A DNA stretch of 64,000 nucleotides from an uncultured Planctomycetaceae bacterium (GCA_963785305.1 CAWAUV010000004.1:224001-288000); one strand, 5' to 3'; counted from the first letter of the stretch, positions 32,499 to 41,478 are shown. Numbers and translations: made by a program. Notes: generated by a model not told the origin, from the letters alone.

Positions 32499-33155
32499 AT
32501 GGCAACCAACGAACTCAAGCCTTTTGACATGAGCACGATTCAACCGTTCTATCCGGCAGCGGATGAATCGACATTGGAAAACGTCAGCCTGCGCCTGCCC
32601 GAGAACCGGCGGATGCTGCGCCGCCAGCGGCAGCGATCGACGAGGGTACTGAACAAGCACCGCGCGGCGGTTCAGACGATCGAGAAACTGCCGGCGCCCG
32701 ATGAATCGTTGCACTGTGTCCTAAATGGTTCATTCGCGCTCGCCGACTTCATCGGCGCCGTGCTCGAACTGTCCGGCCGTCCGCTCGACCACCTTGCTAT
32801 CGTCACCTTGGGATTCAGCAAAGCGAACGTCGAAATGATCGGCCGACTGATCGACGCCGGCCAGGTCAAACGCCTTGACGTGCTCTGTAGCCATTACTTC
32901 GCGGCTCAGGACGAGCCGATTTACCGCCAGATGGCCGCGCTATGCGACCGACACGGCTTCCGACTATGTGCGATGCGAACCCACGCAAAAATCGTGCTGC
33001 TGAAAACCGGCGCCCATTCGATCGTCGTCGAGTCGAGCGCCAGTCTTCGATCGTGCCACAACGTCGAAACCGCGACAATGTTCAACGATGCCGGTCTGTT
33101 CGACTTCCATTCGGCGTGGATTGACGAGCTATTGGCCAAGGGGGCGACCGCATGA
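32499..33155 (+). CDS. Hypothetical protein with a degenerate phospholipase-D-like (HxK) motif
   Basis: RTHAKIVLL...VVESSASLRS...VE resembles the HxK...(G/S)SxN...E pattern of PLD-family nucleases. Confidence 0.55.
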   Translation: MATNELKPFDMSTIQPFYPAADESTLENVSLRLPENRRMLRRQRQRSTRVLNKHRAAVQTIEKLPAPDESLHCVLNGSFALADFIGAVLELSGRPLDHLAIVTLGFSKANVEMIGRLIDAGQVKRLDVLCSHYFAAQDEPIYRQMAALCDRHGFRLCAMRTHAKIVLLKTGAHSIVVESSASLRSCHNVETATMFNDAGLFDFHSAWIDELLAKGATA

Positions 33156-33601
33156 GAGGCCGCAAACCCACTTACAAGGCGCTCGCCAAGTCGACCGACC
33201 CCATCCAGGCGCCGGTTCGCGTACCATCGTGCCCGAAAGAGCTAACGGGCGAGGCTGCCGCCGAATGGCAGCGAATCACCGGCTTGCTACGCGGGCTCGG
33301 ACTGGTCGCACTACTCGACCGCGCCGCCCTTGCCATGTATTGCCAATCATGGGCTCGCTGGCTGGACGCAGAAACACAACTTGCCACGCAGGGCGCCATC
33401 GTCAAGAGCCCGTCCGGCTATCCGATTCAAAACCCATATCTGTCGGTCAGCAGCCAGGCCGCCAAGGCGATGCAACAGCTGCTGGGCGAGTTCGGGCTAA
33501 GCCCAGCGGCGCGTCACCGGATGCTCGGCGCCCCGAAGAAGACCGAAGACAAGCCGCAGACCACTGGCTGGGAAGGGACGCTCGCAAATGTCATTGGCTA
33601 G
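33152..33601 (+). CDS. terS: Phage terminase small subunit, P27 family
   Basis: MRGRKPT, EWQRI, LDRAALAMYCQSW, GYPIQNPYL, EFGLSPAAR. Confidence 0.92.
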   Translation: MRGRKPTYKALAKSTDPIQAPVRVPSCPKELTGEAAAEWQRITGLLRGLGLVALLDRAALAMYCQSWARWLDAETQLATQGAIVKSPSGYPIQNPYLSVSSQAAKAMQQLLGEFGLSPAARHRMLGAPKKTEDKPQTTGWEGTLANVIG

Positions 33602-35120
33602 TCCCCCGACGAACGCCGCCGCCGACCGCGCCGTGAAGTTCGTCAATAACTTGACGCACGCCAAAGGCGCCCGCTGGGCAAACAAGAAATTCGACCTGCG
33701 CCCGTGGCAACAGCAGATCGTGCGCGAGTTGTTCGGCCGGCTGCGCGACGACGGCACCCGCCAATATCGGAAGGCGTTTCTGGCGTTGCCGAGAAAAAAT
33801 GGCAAGACGGAGATCGGCGCCGCAATCGCATTGTATATGCTCGTGTCCGAGCCCGAGCAAGGCGGCGAAACCTACAGCGCCGCCACCGACCGCGAGCAAG
33901 CCAGCCTTGTGTTCAACGTCGCCGCGCAGATGGTTCGAAACGACCCGACACTTTCGCTGCACTGCCAAATCACGGAAAGCCGCCGGCAGATCATCTACCG
34001 GCCGACCAACAGCGTTTATCGAGCCATCCCCGCGGACGCCCCACACGCCCACGGCTACAACGCCAGTTGCCTAATTTACGATGAGCTGCACGCCGCCCCC
34101 AATTCGCAGCTTTGGGATGTTTTGACCACGTCGATGGGCGCCCGCACACAGCCGCTAACGGTGGCGATCACCACCGCGGGTTACGACCGCAATTCAATCT
34201 GCTGGCAGGTTTGGGCGTATGCCCGCCAAGTGCGCGACGGAATCATTCCCGACCCGAGCTTTTTGCCGATCATATTCGAGGCGCCCGAGGATGCCGACTG
34301 GACGGATGAAAAAGTTTGGGCGGAGGCCAACCCGGCATTGGGCGACTTTCGCGGCATCGACGACATGCGCGAGTTGTTCCGCGAGGCCCAGCACATGCCG
34401 GCCCGCGAAAATGTTTTTCGCCAGCTGTACCTGAATCAGTGGACGGATTCGTCGGTTCGCTGGATTGCAAGCGAGTCGTGGGACGCTTGCGAGACCGATT
34501 TCCAGCCGAGCGACTTGGAGGGCCGCGATTGCTACGCCGGGCTCGACTTGGCGTATCGCGACGATTACGCCGCGTTGGTTCTTGCCTTCCCGCTGGACGA
34601 CGGACAATTCGCGCTGCTCCCTTATTTCTGGCTGCCCGAGGAGTCCAACCGCAACTCTCGCAAGGAGCCCGCGGCGAGCTTCATCCGCGACGGTCTTGTT
34701 GAGTTGACGCCGGGCGCGTCGACGGAATTCCCGCTGATTCGCCAGCGCATCAATGAGTTGCAATCGCAGTACAACATTCGCGGGATTGCCGTGGACCCAT
34801 GGAACGCGCGACAAATGGCCAGCGAGCTTTTGCAAGACGGGTTCGATGTGCAGGAGTTCCGCCAAAACATGGCGACGATGAACGAGCCGTGCAAAAACTT
34901 CGAGGCTTTGGTTCGTTCGCAAAAGATGCAGCACAACGGCAACGCGGTCATGCGCTGGATGGTCGCCAACACCGTCATCGAAACCGACAGCAGCGGCAAC
35001 TGCCGCCCGAGCAAAAAAAAGAGCAGCGAGAAAATAGACGGCGTGACGAGCGCCGTGATGGCGTTGGCACTGGCCACGCGAGAAGGACAACTCGCCGAAC
35101 CACGAATCTGGTTACTTTAG
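33588..35120 (+). CDS. terL: Phage terminase large subunit (HK97-like, Terminase_1)
   Basis: LRPWQ, Walker A PRKNGKT, Walker B LIYDELH, ITTAG, ANPALG, nuclease GLDLA, AVDPWN, KIDGVTSAVMA. Confidence 0.95.
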   Translation: MSLASPPTNAAADRAVKFVNNLTHAKGARWANKKFDLRPWQQQIVRELFGRLRDDGTRQYRKAFLALPRKNGKTEIGAAIALYMLVSEPEQGGETYSAATDREQASLVFNVAAQMVRNDPTLSLHCQITESRRQIIYRPTNSVYRAIPADAPHAHGYNASCLIYDELHAAPNSQLWDVLTTSMGARTQPLTVAITTAGYDRNSICWQVWAYARQVRDGIIPDPSFLPIIFEAPEDADWTDEKVWAEANPALGDFRGIDDMRELFREAQHMPARENVFRQLYLNQWTDSSVRWIASESWDACETDFQPSDLEGRDCYAGLDLAYRDDYAALVLAFPLDDGQFALLPYFWLPEESNRNSRKEPAASFIRDGLVELTPGASTEFPLIRQRINELQSQYNIRGIAVDPWNARQMASELLQDGFDVQEFRQNMATMNEPCKNFEALVRSQKMQHNGNAVMRWMVANTVIETDSSGNCRPSKKKSSEKIDGVTSAVMALALATREGQLAEPRIWLL

Positions 35121-35145
35121 TTTTTTTCATACCGGAGGAACGACA

Positions 35146-36027
35146 ATGGCTACGATCGAGGACGTCACCTACTTTGCCGAAGCGAAATGCAGACTCCGCC
35201 AGGCGACGGAAATGCAGGCGGACATCGACCGCCGCATCGCCGAGAACAAGGCCAAAGCGAAACGAGTTGACGCGGCAGATTGGAGCGAATCGCCGAGCGG
35301 TCCCGACAACACGAAATTGATGATCGCCGATCGGCAACTGCAATCCGAGCGAGCAGCCGCCGTCGCGGAAATCGCCAACGCTCGCGCGCACCTGAAAACG
35401 ATGCGCTGTCGCGCCGAGGCCGCGTTGGCCATCGCCGCCAAGCGACCCAAGGCCGACGTGCCCAAGCTCAATTTGCGCGACGACCCGGAGTACAAAACGC
35501 GGCTCGATCGCCACTCGAATCTGCTCATTGAAAAAGCGCGGCTCGAGTCGCTGCTCAGTGCTCCGCCGGCCAGACTCGCCGAACCCGCACACCTGACGAT
35601 CGGACGGAAGCTGGCCAGTGGCGAAACCGTCGGCGATGAGGCGTTCGCCAGCGGCGACCGAAACGAGCAACTTGGCATTGTCTCGCGCAGGCTGAATTCG
35701 GTCGTCGCGGCCGTCGCGTTTTCCGAGCGCGAACTACGCGACGAACAGCGCCGCGCGAGCCGCCGGCTGATCGCAAAACACGGTATCCGCAAAATCTGCG
35801 CGGCGCGACTGAAGAAGCTGGCGATCGCCATGAAGGCCGCGGCCGTCGAAGCGCAAATCGAAGCGTTGAATCGGGAAGAATTGGAAGGCGCCGGAATTTG
35901 GTTCGCCGACGTCGTGCCGGCGCTTCCGTGGGGAATGCCGCTCACCGACCCGACGGAAGAGGGCTCGCTAATGCACACGTGGTTGCAGGAAATCGCACGC
36001 GAATATCCCGAAATCGGCCGCATCTAA
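35146..36027 (+). CDS. Hypothetical predominantly helical/coiled-coil protein, 293 aa
   Basis: GGAGG RBS; A/E/R/K/L-rich heptad-like sequence; no portal or capsid motifs recognised. Confidence 0.7.
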   Translation: MATIEDVTYFAEAKCRLRQATEMQADIDRRIAENKAKAKRVDAADWSESPSGPDNTKLMIADRQLQSERAAAVAEIANARAHLKTMRCRAEAALAIAAKRPKADVPKLNLRDDPEYKTRLDRHSNLLIEKARLESLLSAPPARLAEPAHLTIGRKLASGETVGDEAFASGDRNEQLGIVSRRLNSVVAAVAFSERELRDEQRRASRRLIAKHGIRKICAARLKKLAIAMKAAAVEAQIEALNREELEGAGIWFADVVPALPWGMPLTDPTEEGSLMHTWLQEIAREYPEIGRI

Positions 36028-36046
36028 CGAAAGGAAAGGTCTGAAA

Positions 36047-36292
36047 ATGGAAACCGCGAACATGAAACAACCGATTGAATATGCTTCGCATCGAGGCTCG
36101 GCGGAAAGGCTGCGATCCGCCGCGGAAGCCCGATTGGCCGAAATGCCGCAGCTTGAACTTGAAGCGATGCGAAAGCTAGTGAGCGACAGATGCAGTCCCT
36201 TGGAATGCCGCAAGCTTCACGACCAACTTGCTGCGCTCAAAACCGAACGCGCCGCGATCACCGCGCAACTCGAAACACGAGGCCAGCAATGA
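36047..36292 (+). CDS. Hypothetical helical protein, 81 aa
   Basis: AAGGAAAGG RBS; ATGA overlap with the protease gene. Confidence 0.6.
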   Translation: METANMKQPIEYASHRGSAERLRSAAEARLAEMPQLELEAMRKLVSDRCSPLECRKLHDQLAALKTERAAITAQLETRGQQ

Positions 36293-37272
36293 GCCAAGAA
36301 ATCGAATATCGCCGCCTGCCACCGGCAGAAATCGAAGTGCGCGAGCAGCGCGGCAAGGTCACGATTGGCGGGTATTCGCCAGTATATGACAGCCCGTCCG
36401 AAGACATGGGAGGCGCGAAGGAAGTCGTCAAGTTCGGCGCCGTGACGGACTGCCTGAAGCGCGGCGCCGAAGTGCGATGCTACGTCAACCACGAGCGATC
36501 CATGCCGCTGGGCAGCACGACGAGCGGCACGCTACGACTTGCCGACACCGTGCGGGGCTTGCGATGGGATTGCGATCTCCCGGACACGTCATACGCTCGC
36601 GATATGCTGGCGTCGATCGACCGTGGCGACATCCGCCATTCATCCTTCGGCTTCCGCGTTGCCGGCCCGGACGGCCAATCGTGGTCGCGCGATGGGCAAG
36701 GCGGTGCGCTGCGTGAGCTGCGCAAGATCGACTTGCTCGACGTGTCGCCCGTGAGCGAGCCGGCCTATCGCGGCAGCACTTGCACGATCGACGTTCGTTC
36801 GCTCGACGTGCTCGACGACGCCGATTTCCGTTTCAACCCGAACCACGGCGCGGACGGGAAATTCGCATCCGGCGTCAAGACCGTCACGCACGCCGCCGGC
36901 CATGCCGCGATTGAGCATCTAAAGGCCGAAAGCCTACATGGGCTCAAGGGCGGTGTTCGCGCCGCCGTCCATGCCGCCGCTCGCGCCGGCCATGCGCTGG
37001 CTGGCCAACACGCCGCGGAAGCGATTGCCAAAGCCAAGCAAACGGGAACCAACGCGAACAAATTGAAGGCGATTGCCCTGGCTGGCGCGCACCACGCGAT
37101 CACGAAACACTTGGCCGGCGAGCGTTCCATTTCGCTGGAAGATGAGGCAATGACGTTCGCGCGTCGGCGCTTGCTTGAACTGGAATCGTCCGCGCCGCGT
37201 CTGGCGTGGCAGGACGAATTGTTCACCCTTCGATCCAAATTGCGGCTGCTGGAATTGACGGCCAGCCGCTAA
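36289..37272 (+). CDS. HK97-family prohead protease with long C-terminal extension
   Basis: IGGYSPVYDSPSEDMGG, catalytic His VNHER, GLRWDCDLPDTSYARD, catalytic Ser SSFGF, DVSPVSEPAY. Confidence 0.9.
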   Translation: MSQEIEYRRLPPAEIEVREQRGKVTIGGYSPVYDSPSEDMGGAKEVVKFGAVTDCLKRGAEVRCYVNHERSMPLGSTTSGTLRLADTVRGLRWDCDLPDTSYARDMLASIDRGDIRHSSFGFRVAGPDGQSWSRDGQGGALRELRKIDLLDVSPVSEPAYRGSTCTIDVRSLDVLDDADFRFNPNHGADGKFASGVKTVTHAAGHAAIEHLKAESLHGLKGGVRAAVHAAARAGHALAGQHAAEAIAKAKQTGTNANKLKAIALAGAHHAITKHLAGERSISLEDEAMTFARRRLLELESSAPRLAWQDELFTLRSKLRLLELTASR

Positions 37273-37301
37273 CAAATGTTCCCGCGGGTGGGGACTGCGA
37301 G

Positions 37302-37338
37302 CCCGGCGCGACGATCCTTTGGTCGGCGCCGGGTTTTT
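37302..37338 (+). terminator. Putative intrinsic terminator after the protease gene
   Basis: CCCGGCGC..GAC-loop-GTC..GCGCCGGG followed by TTTTT. Confidence 0.55.
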
Positions 37339-37436
37339 GAAACATCGAATGTGCGGCTTGTCGCCGCCTCCGGTCCCGTCGGTCGCTGCGGTTTTCGCTT
37401 CCGCGGCGGCCGGCGGGTTTTAGAATCGGGCCGAAC

Positions 37437-37760
37437 ATGGTTCAACTCGCCGAACAAACTATCGTAGCCGCCGTGCTGGTCGCCAAGGGCGCAACGCCCG
37501 CCGAGGCCGCCGGCGCGCTGCTGCTGGCCGACCCGATGGCGCCCGCCAAGCTCGAAACCCATCTCCGCTACGTCACCGGGCTATCGCTGGCCGACTTGCA
37601 AACGCGGGCAAGATTCTTAACGTGGCAGGGCGCGGCCGACCTGATCGAACAACTCACCGCAAGCCGGCATCGGAACCGCGTGACGTTTATGGAAACTAGC
37701 GTCACGGCCAGCGAGCGCTTCCGCGGCGCCGGGCGGCGGTTCGCAGCGAAAGGTCTTTGA
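37437..37760 (+). CDS. Hypothetical protein, 107 aa
   Basis: Co-oriented ORF with protein-like composition; no family recognised. Confidence 0.5.
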   Translation: MVQLAEQTIVAAVLVAKGATPAEAAGALLLADPMAPAKLETHLRYVTGLSLADLQTRARFLTWQGAADLIEQLTASRHRNRVTFMETSVTASERFRGAGRRFAAKGL

Positions 37761-37831
37761 CAATCTGACGCCCACGCCGGCTCGACCGGCTGAATCCGCA
37801 GAGCGGGCGCAGTTGCGCTACCTGGAGGGCA

Positions 37832-38213
37832 GACGATGCGCGTGGCGCGTAGGGGGACTGCGAAAATCGACTGTCGATTCCGACAGTCGGCCAGCCTCGC
37901 GCGCGGCGAAGTACGGGCCCAACTGTCATCCGATGACAGTTGCGTCGCATCAAAGGCGAGCCTCGCGCGCCCGCGTAGGGGAACGGGGTTGGCGTTGCGC
38001 AACTGGAAGAAATTCCAGTTGGCGAGCCTCGCGCGCCGCGTAGGGGAACGGGGTTGGCGTTGCGCAACTGGAAGAAATTCCAGTTGGCGAGCCTCGCGCG
38101 CCCGCGTAGGGGAACGGTGAATACCAAAATGGTATCCAGCAAAAATCGCCGAGCCTCGCGCGCGGGCGAAGTGGACCCATCAACTGGTAACCGTTACCAG
38201 TGGCAAAATGCCA
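37832..38213. repeat. Non-coding array of a conserved repeat (core AGCCTCGCGCGC) alternating with variable perfect palindromes, period 62-66 bp
   Basis: Cores at 37893, 37959, 38025, 38090, 38152 plus a degenerate copy near 37835; palindromes at 37868, 37920, 38000, 38065, 38121, 38183. Confidence 0.9.
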
Positions 38214-38571
38214 ACACTGCTGACAAAACAGGACGCCGGCGGCAGAGCTGCGCCCAAAAGGGCATGTTTTCCACTTCCTGAAAAAATCCCTTGACAAAAT
38301 CGACTCGCGGCGCGGGGCAATCTGTGGCCTGCTGCCGAAATTGTTCCGCGATGGAACCATTTTCAAGTTCCGTCGTGCAACTTGAAATTGCTCTCAGGCT
38401 GAGACTAATTCCCAGCGGCTCAAGATTGCGTGAGGCGATCTTGAAAGTGTCCCACGATGAGACACTTTTCGCGAGCCTCACTGGCAACGGTTGACAGTGG
38501 TTTCCGCCAGCGGCTTGCAAAACGGCGCCGCCAGCCCTTGCGGGATAGCTTTTCCGCTATACGATATGTTC

Positions 38572-38781
38572 ATGGGAAAACAACGCCGCACAAAAATGGC
38601 CGCAAAGCCGCGCATGGGCCGACCCCCCAAAGCCGCCGCCGACCGGCGCGAGACACATTTTCTAATTCGGGTAACTGCCGGCGAGGCGGCGATTATCAAA
38701 GCCGCGGGCCAGCCAGCGCCATCGACGTGGGCTCGCGGGATTCTACTTGCGGCTGCCGCTGCGAAGTCTAAAGGCAAATGA
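38572..38781 (+). CDS. Small DNA-binding protein (MGRP basic motif plus ribbon-helix-helix-like)
   Basis: MGRPPKAAADRRETHFLIRVTAGEAAIIKAAG...STWARGILL; directly upstream of the integrase. Confidence 0.6.
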   Translation: MGKQRRTKMAAKPRMGRPPKAAADRRETHFLIRVTAGEAAIIKAAGQPAPSTWARGILLAAAAAKSKGK

Positions 38782-38907
38782 GCAGCGAACGCATAGCACG
38801 CGCCCTAACGCATCGAACCGACACGCGGCCCAACACTCATTGAAGACCATCCGAAGCCCGTAGACGCGAAACTGGCGAACCGATTTCACGAAAGGGGAGC
38901 AACAAAC

Positions 38908-40176
38908 ATGGGACGACAACCAAAACTGCCAACGGGGCTGGAAAAGCGCGGCGACGCATTCTATTCAAACTTCCGCGCCGCTGGCCGACGTGTGCGCAAG
39001 CGGCTATCGACAGACTTCCGCACGGCCTGCGAACTGTTGACCGACTTGCGATCGCGCGCCGACCGCGGCGACTTCAATATCGTGGACAACGATTGCCCGT
39101 GGTCGGAACTGCGGGGCGAGTTCATGCGCTGGGCTCGGCAGTCCGTCCGCCGGCCGGGCGAGTATGACGCCGACCTGAAGCGCTTCGAGAAATTCTTGGC
39201 CGTGCAATCCGTCCGCCAAGTCTCGCAAGCCGTGGTTCTGTCCTATCGCGAATGGCGGCTCGCTCAATCCATCGTCGTTCACTCGCGCAAGAAAAACGCG
39301 GCGCCCCTGGCCCGCAAGGTTAGCCCGCGGAGTGTCAACCGCGAAGTCGGCACGCTGAATAACATGCTGAACAAAGGCGTCGAATGGGGCCGCATCGGAA
39401 GCAATCCCTTGGCCGGGCTCAAGCCCTTGCGACATGACAAGCTCGTGAAGCAACGCCGATCGCTGACCGTGGAGGAAATCGGCCGGCTGTTCGATAACAG
39501 CCCGGCATACCTGTTGCCCGTCTGGCGGACGTTCGCCTGCACGGGCCTGCGGCTCTGTGAACTGGCCGACCTGCGATTCTCGGACGTCGATTTTGAGCGG
39601 CAGACGTTGACCGTCCGGCCGGAGTTGGCCAAGAGCAAGAAAGAACGTGATATCCCGCTCGACGATGCCTTACTCGCGATGCTGGCCGAACTGAAGGGCA
39701 GCGCAGGGGAGCGACAGCCAGTAGCCGGCAAGACCGCGGCCGAGACGATCGACCAGGCGGAGCGATTCTCTCGCGACCATGTTTTCGTGACGACCGCCAA
39801 CACGCCCCACCGCGCCGGGCTGCTCAAACTGTTCTACGCGGCCTGCAATCGCGCCGGCATCGACGATGCTCGCTCCGGCGGCTCTGTGGACATCCATAGC
39901 CTGCGAGTCTCATTCACGACGCTGGCGCTGGAGAATGGCGCTAGCCCGAAAGCCATTCAGGCAATTCTTGGCCATTCCACCCTGGGAATGACGATGAACG
40001 TGTATGCCAAGGCGACCGAACGGGCGAAACGGGAAGCGATCACCGCCCTGCCGTTCGCGACCAGCAAAGCGCCGGAACACATAATTTCGGTGCAATCTGG
40101 CCGCAACGTGGCCGCAACTAATTCAAACGCGACGCAACGCGATAGCCCAAAACGACTTATGCTGATGGGTGGCTGA
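38908..40176 (+). CDS. int: Tyrosine recombinase/integrase
   Basis: GGGGAG RBS; catalytic R (TGLRLCE), HxxR (HSLR), LGHS, Y (NVYAK); stop codon overlaps attR. Confidence 0.95.
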   Translation: MGRQPKLPTGLEKRGDAFYSNFRAAGRRVRKRLSTDFRTACELLTDLRSRADRGDFNIVDNDCPWSELRGEFMRWARQSVRRPGEYDADLKRFEKFLAVQSVRQVSQAVVLSYREWRLAQSIVVHSRKKNAAPLARKVSPRSVNREVGTLNNMLNKGVEWGRIGSNPLAGLKPLRHDKLVKQRRSLTVEEIGRLFDNSPAYLLPVWRTFACTGLRLCELADLRFSDVDFERQTLTVRPELAKSKKERDIPLDDALLAMLAELKGSAGERQPVAGKTAAETIDQAERFSRDHVFVTTANTPHRAGLLKLFYAACNRAGIDDARSGGSVDIHSLRVSFTTLALENGASPKAIQAILGHSTLGMTMNVYAKATERAKREAITALPFATSKAPEHIISVQSGRNVAATNSNATQRDSPKRLMLMGG

Positions 40177-40219
40177 TTGCAAATCCACCACCGTGGGTTC
40201 GACTCCCACCGGCGCCTCT
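40175..40219 (+). repeat. attR core (45-bp duplicate of the tRNA-Cys 3' part)
   Basis: Identical to 27030-27074; lacks the tRNA 5' half. Confidence 0.95.
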
Positions 40220-40445
40220 GAAAAGCTTCCAGCCCCGGTACGGGCGGAGGCATGATGAAAATCGCGGTTGGTGGTCGGGGCGAGGCGCACATGCTCCTCG
40301 CCGCCGGGGGTCGAGCTATCAGCCTGTTGAAAAATGCCCTCGTGGCATAATTCAACCTCGCCAAACGCCGAGCAAAGCTCGTCGCTCGAATACATTGCCC
40401 TGCCGCTCTTGGCGGCCGATCAAGGCGCCGGCGAGGCAGGCTTGC

Positions 40446-41168
40446 TCACGAGCCGCTCTTCGGCGGCGCGGTGATCTTGTCGTCGGGCACTCCCAGGGCT
40501 CGCAGCACGCCGATCGCCATCAGGGCATCGCCCCGGGGATTCATATGCACGCCGTCGCCGGTGAGCATCTTGTCTTTCATGTCGGCCGGCTTCTTGGCCA
40601 GCACATCGAGAAACATTTGATGCAGATCGGCGATTAGGCAGTGCTTTTCGGCCGCGATGCCTTTCTCGGCGGCGACATATTCCACGAGCCGCTTGTTGCC
40701 TTCGCTCGCAGGGTCTTCATGAATCACGGTCGGAGTGAGCAGCACCACTTTGATGCCGGCGCTTTGCGCGTCTTCGACCATTTTGCGAACATTGGCGGTG
40801 TAGGCCGCCAGCACCTCGGGATCATGCGGCTTCTTCTCGCGATGCCACACATCATTGATGCCGATGCTGAGGGTGACGATCGCCGGCTTGCGATCGATCA
40901 CGTCTTTTTGAAATCGCTTCACCAAGTCTTCGGCCTTCTGCCCGCTGATGCCCACATTGATGATCTTTGGCAAATGATAGTCGGGATATTGCTCGGCCAA
41001 CACTTTGTCGATGTCGCGCAGGTAGCCGCCACCCTGCGTGATCGAATCGCCGATCGCCACGATCTGGTCGCCGGGCTTGATTTGCAATTCGCGAGCCGGC
41101 TCGGGCGCGGGACCAAGCAACTGGATCAATCCGGCCAAAATACCGGTCAAACTTTCGGCAAGTTTCAT
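40446..41168 (-). CDS. SGNH/GDSL hydrolase
   Basis: GDSIT block I, GISG block II, GINDV block III, DGVH block V. Confidence 0.9.
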   Translation of the reverse strand: MKLAESLTGILAGLIQLLGPAPEPARELQIKPGDQIVAIGDSITQGGGYLRDIDKVLAEQYPDYHLPKIINVGISGQKAEDLVKRFQKDVIDRKPAIVTLSIGINDVWHREKKPHDPEVLAAYTANVRKMVEDAQSAGIKVVLLTPTVIHEDPASEGNKRLVEYVAAEKGIAAEKHCLIADLHQMFLDVLAKKPADMKDKMLTGDGVHMNPRGDALMAIGVLRALGVPDDKITAPPKSGS

Positions 41169-41478
41169 GGTGGGAACTCCTCGAAGGGCGGAAGGCTGGG
41201 GGTGACAGGCGGCGGAACCGACGGCGAACTCGCGAGCCGCTCGGTGGGCTTCGAGCGCCGCGTGGCCTACGATAACAACCGCCGCGGGGCCCCGCCAGCT
41301 TTTTCTCGAACATTTTTCCGTGGCCCGGCGCCAACCGGTTTTCGCGAAGCGCGTGACTCGCGGCGGGGTTGGCCCTCGGGCGCCGAGCGCTATAATCCTG
41401 TTGCAATCACGCGGGGACGCCGCGTTCGTTTTCGCTCCGTTGTTCGATCCCTCCAGCCCCGCGAGAGTTTTGCCCCGC

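Larger units (their letters stand above)
27030..40219 (+). mobile_element. Integrated phage-satellite-like element (~13.2 kb) in tRNA-Cys
   Basis: Exact 45-bp direct repeats at 27030-27074 and 40175-40219 bracket an integrase, Xis-like HTH, SF3 helicase, HNH, TerS, TerL and prohead protease, all on the + strand. Confidence 0.93.

Noticed and set aside
37832..38213. Canonical CRISPR array
   Set aside because: The period is CRISPR-like, but the repeats are heterogeneous beyond a 12-bp core, the intervening sequences are self-palindromic and related to each other, two units are duplicates, and there are no cas genes. Reported instead as a novel array.
40175..40219. Second tRNA-Cys gene
   Set aside because: Only the 3' part from the anticodon arm is present; it is attR.
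27030..40219. Complete autonomous prophage
   Set aside because: Too small, and no recognisable capsid, portal, tail or lysis genes.
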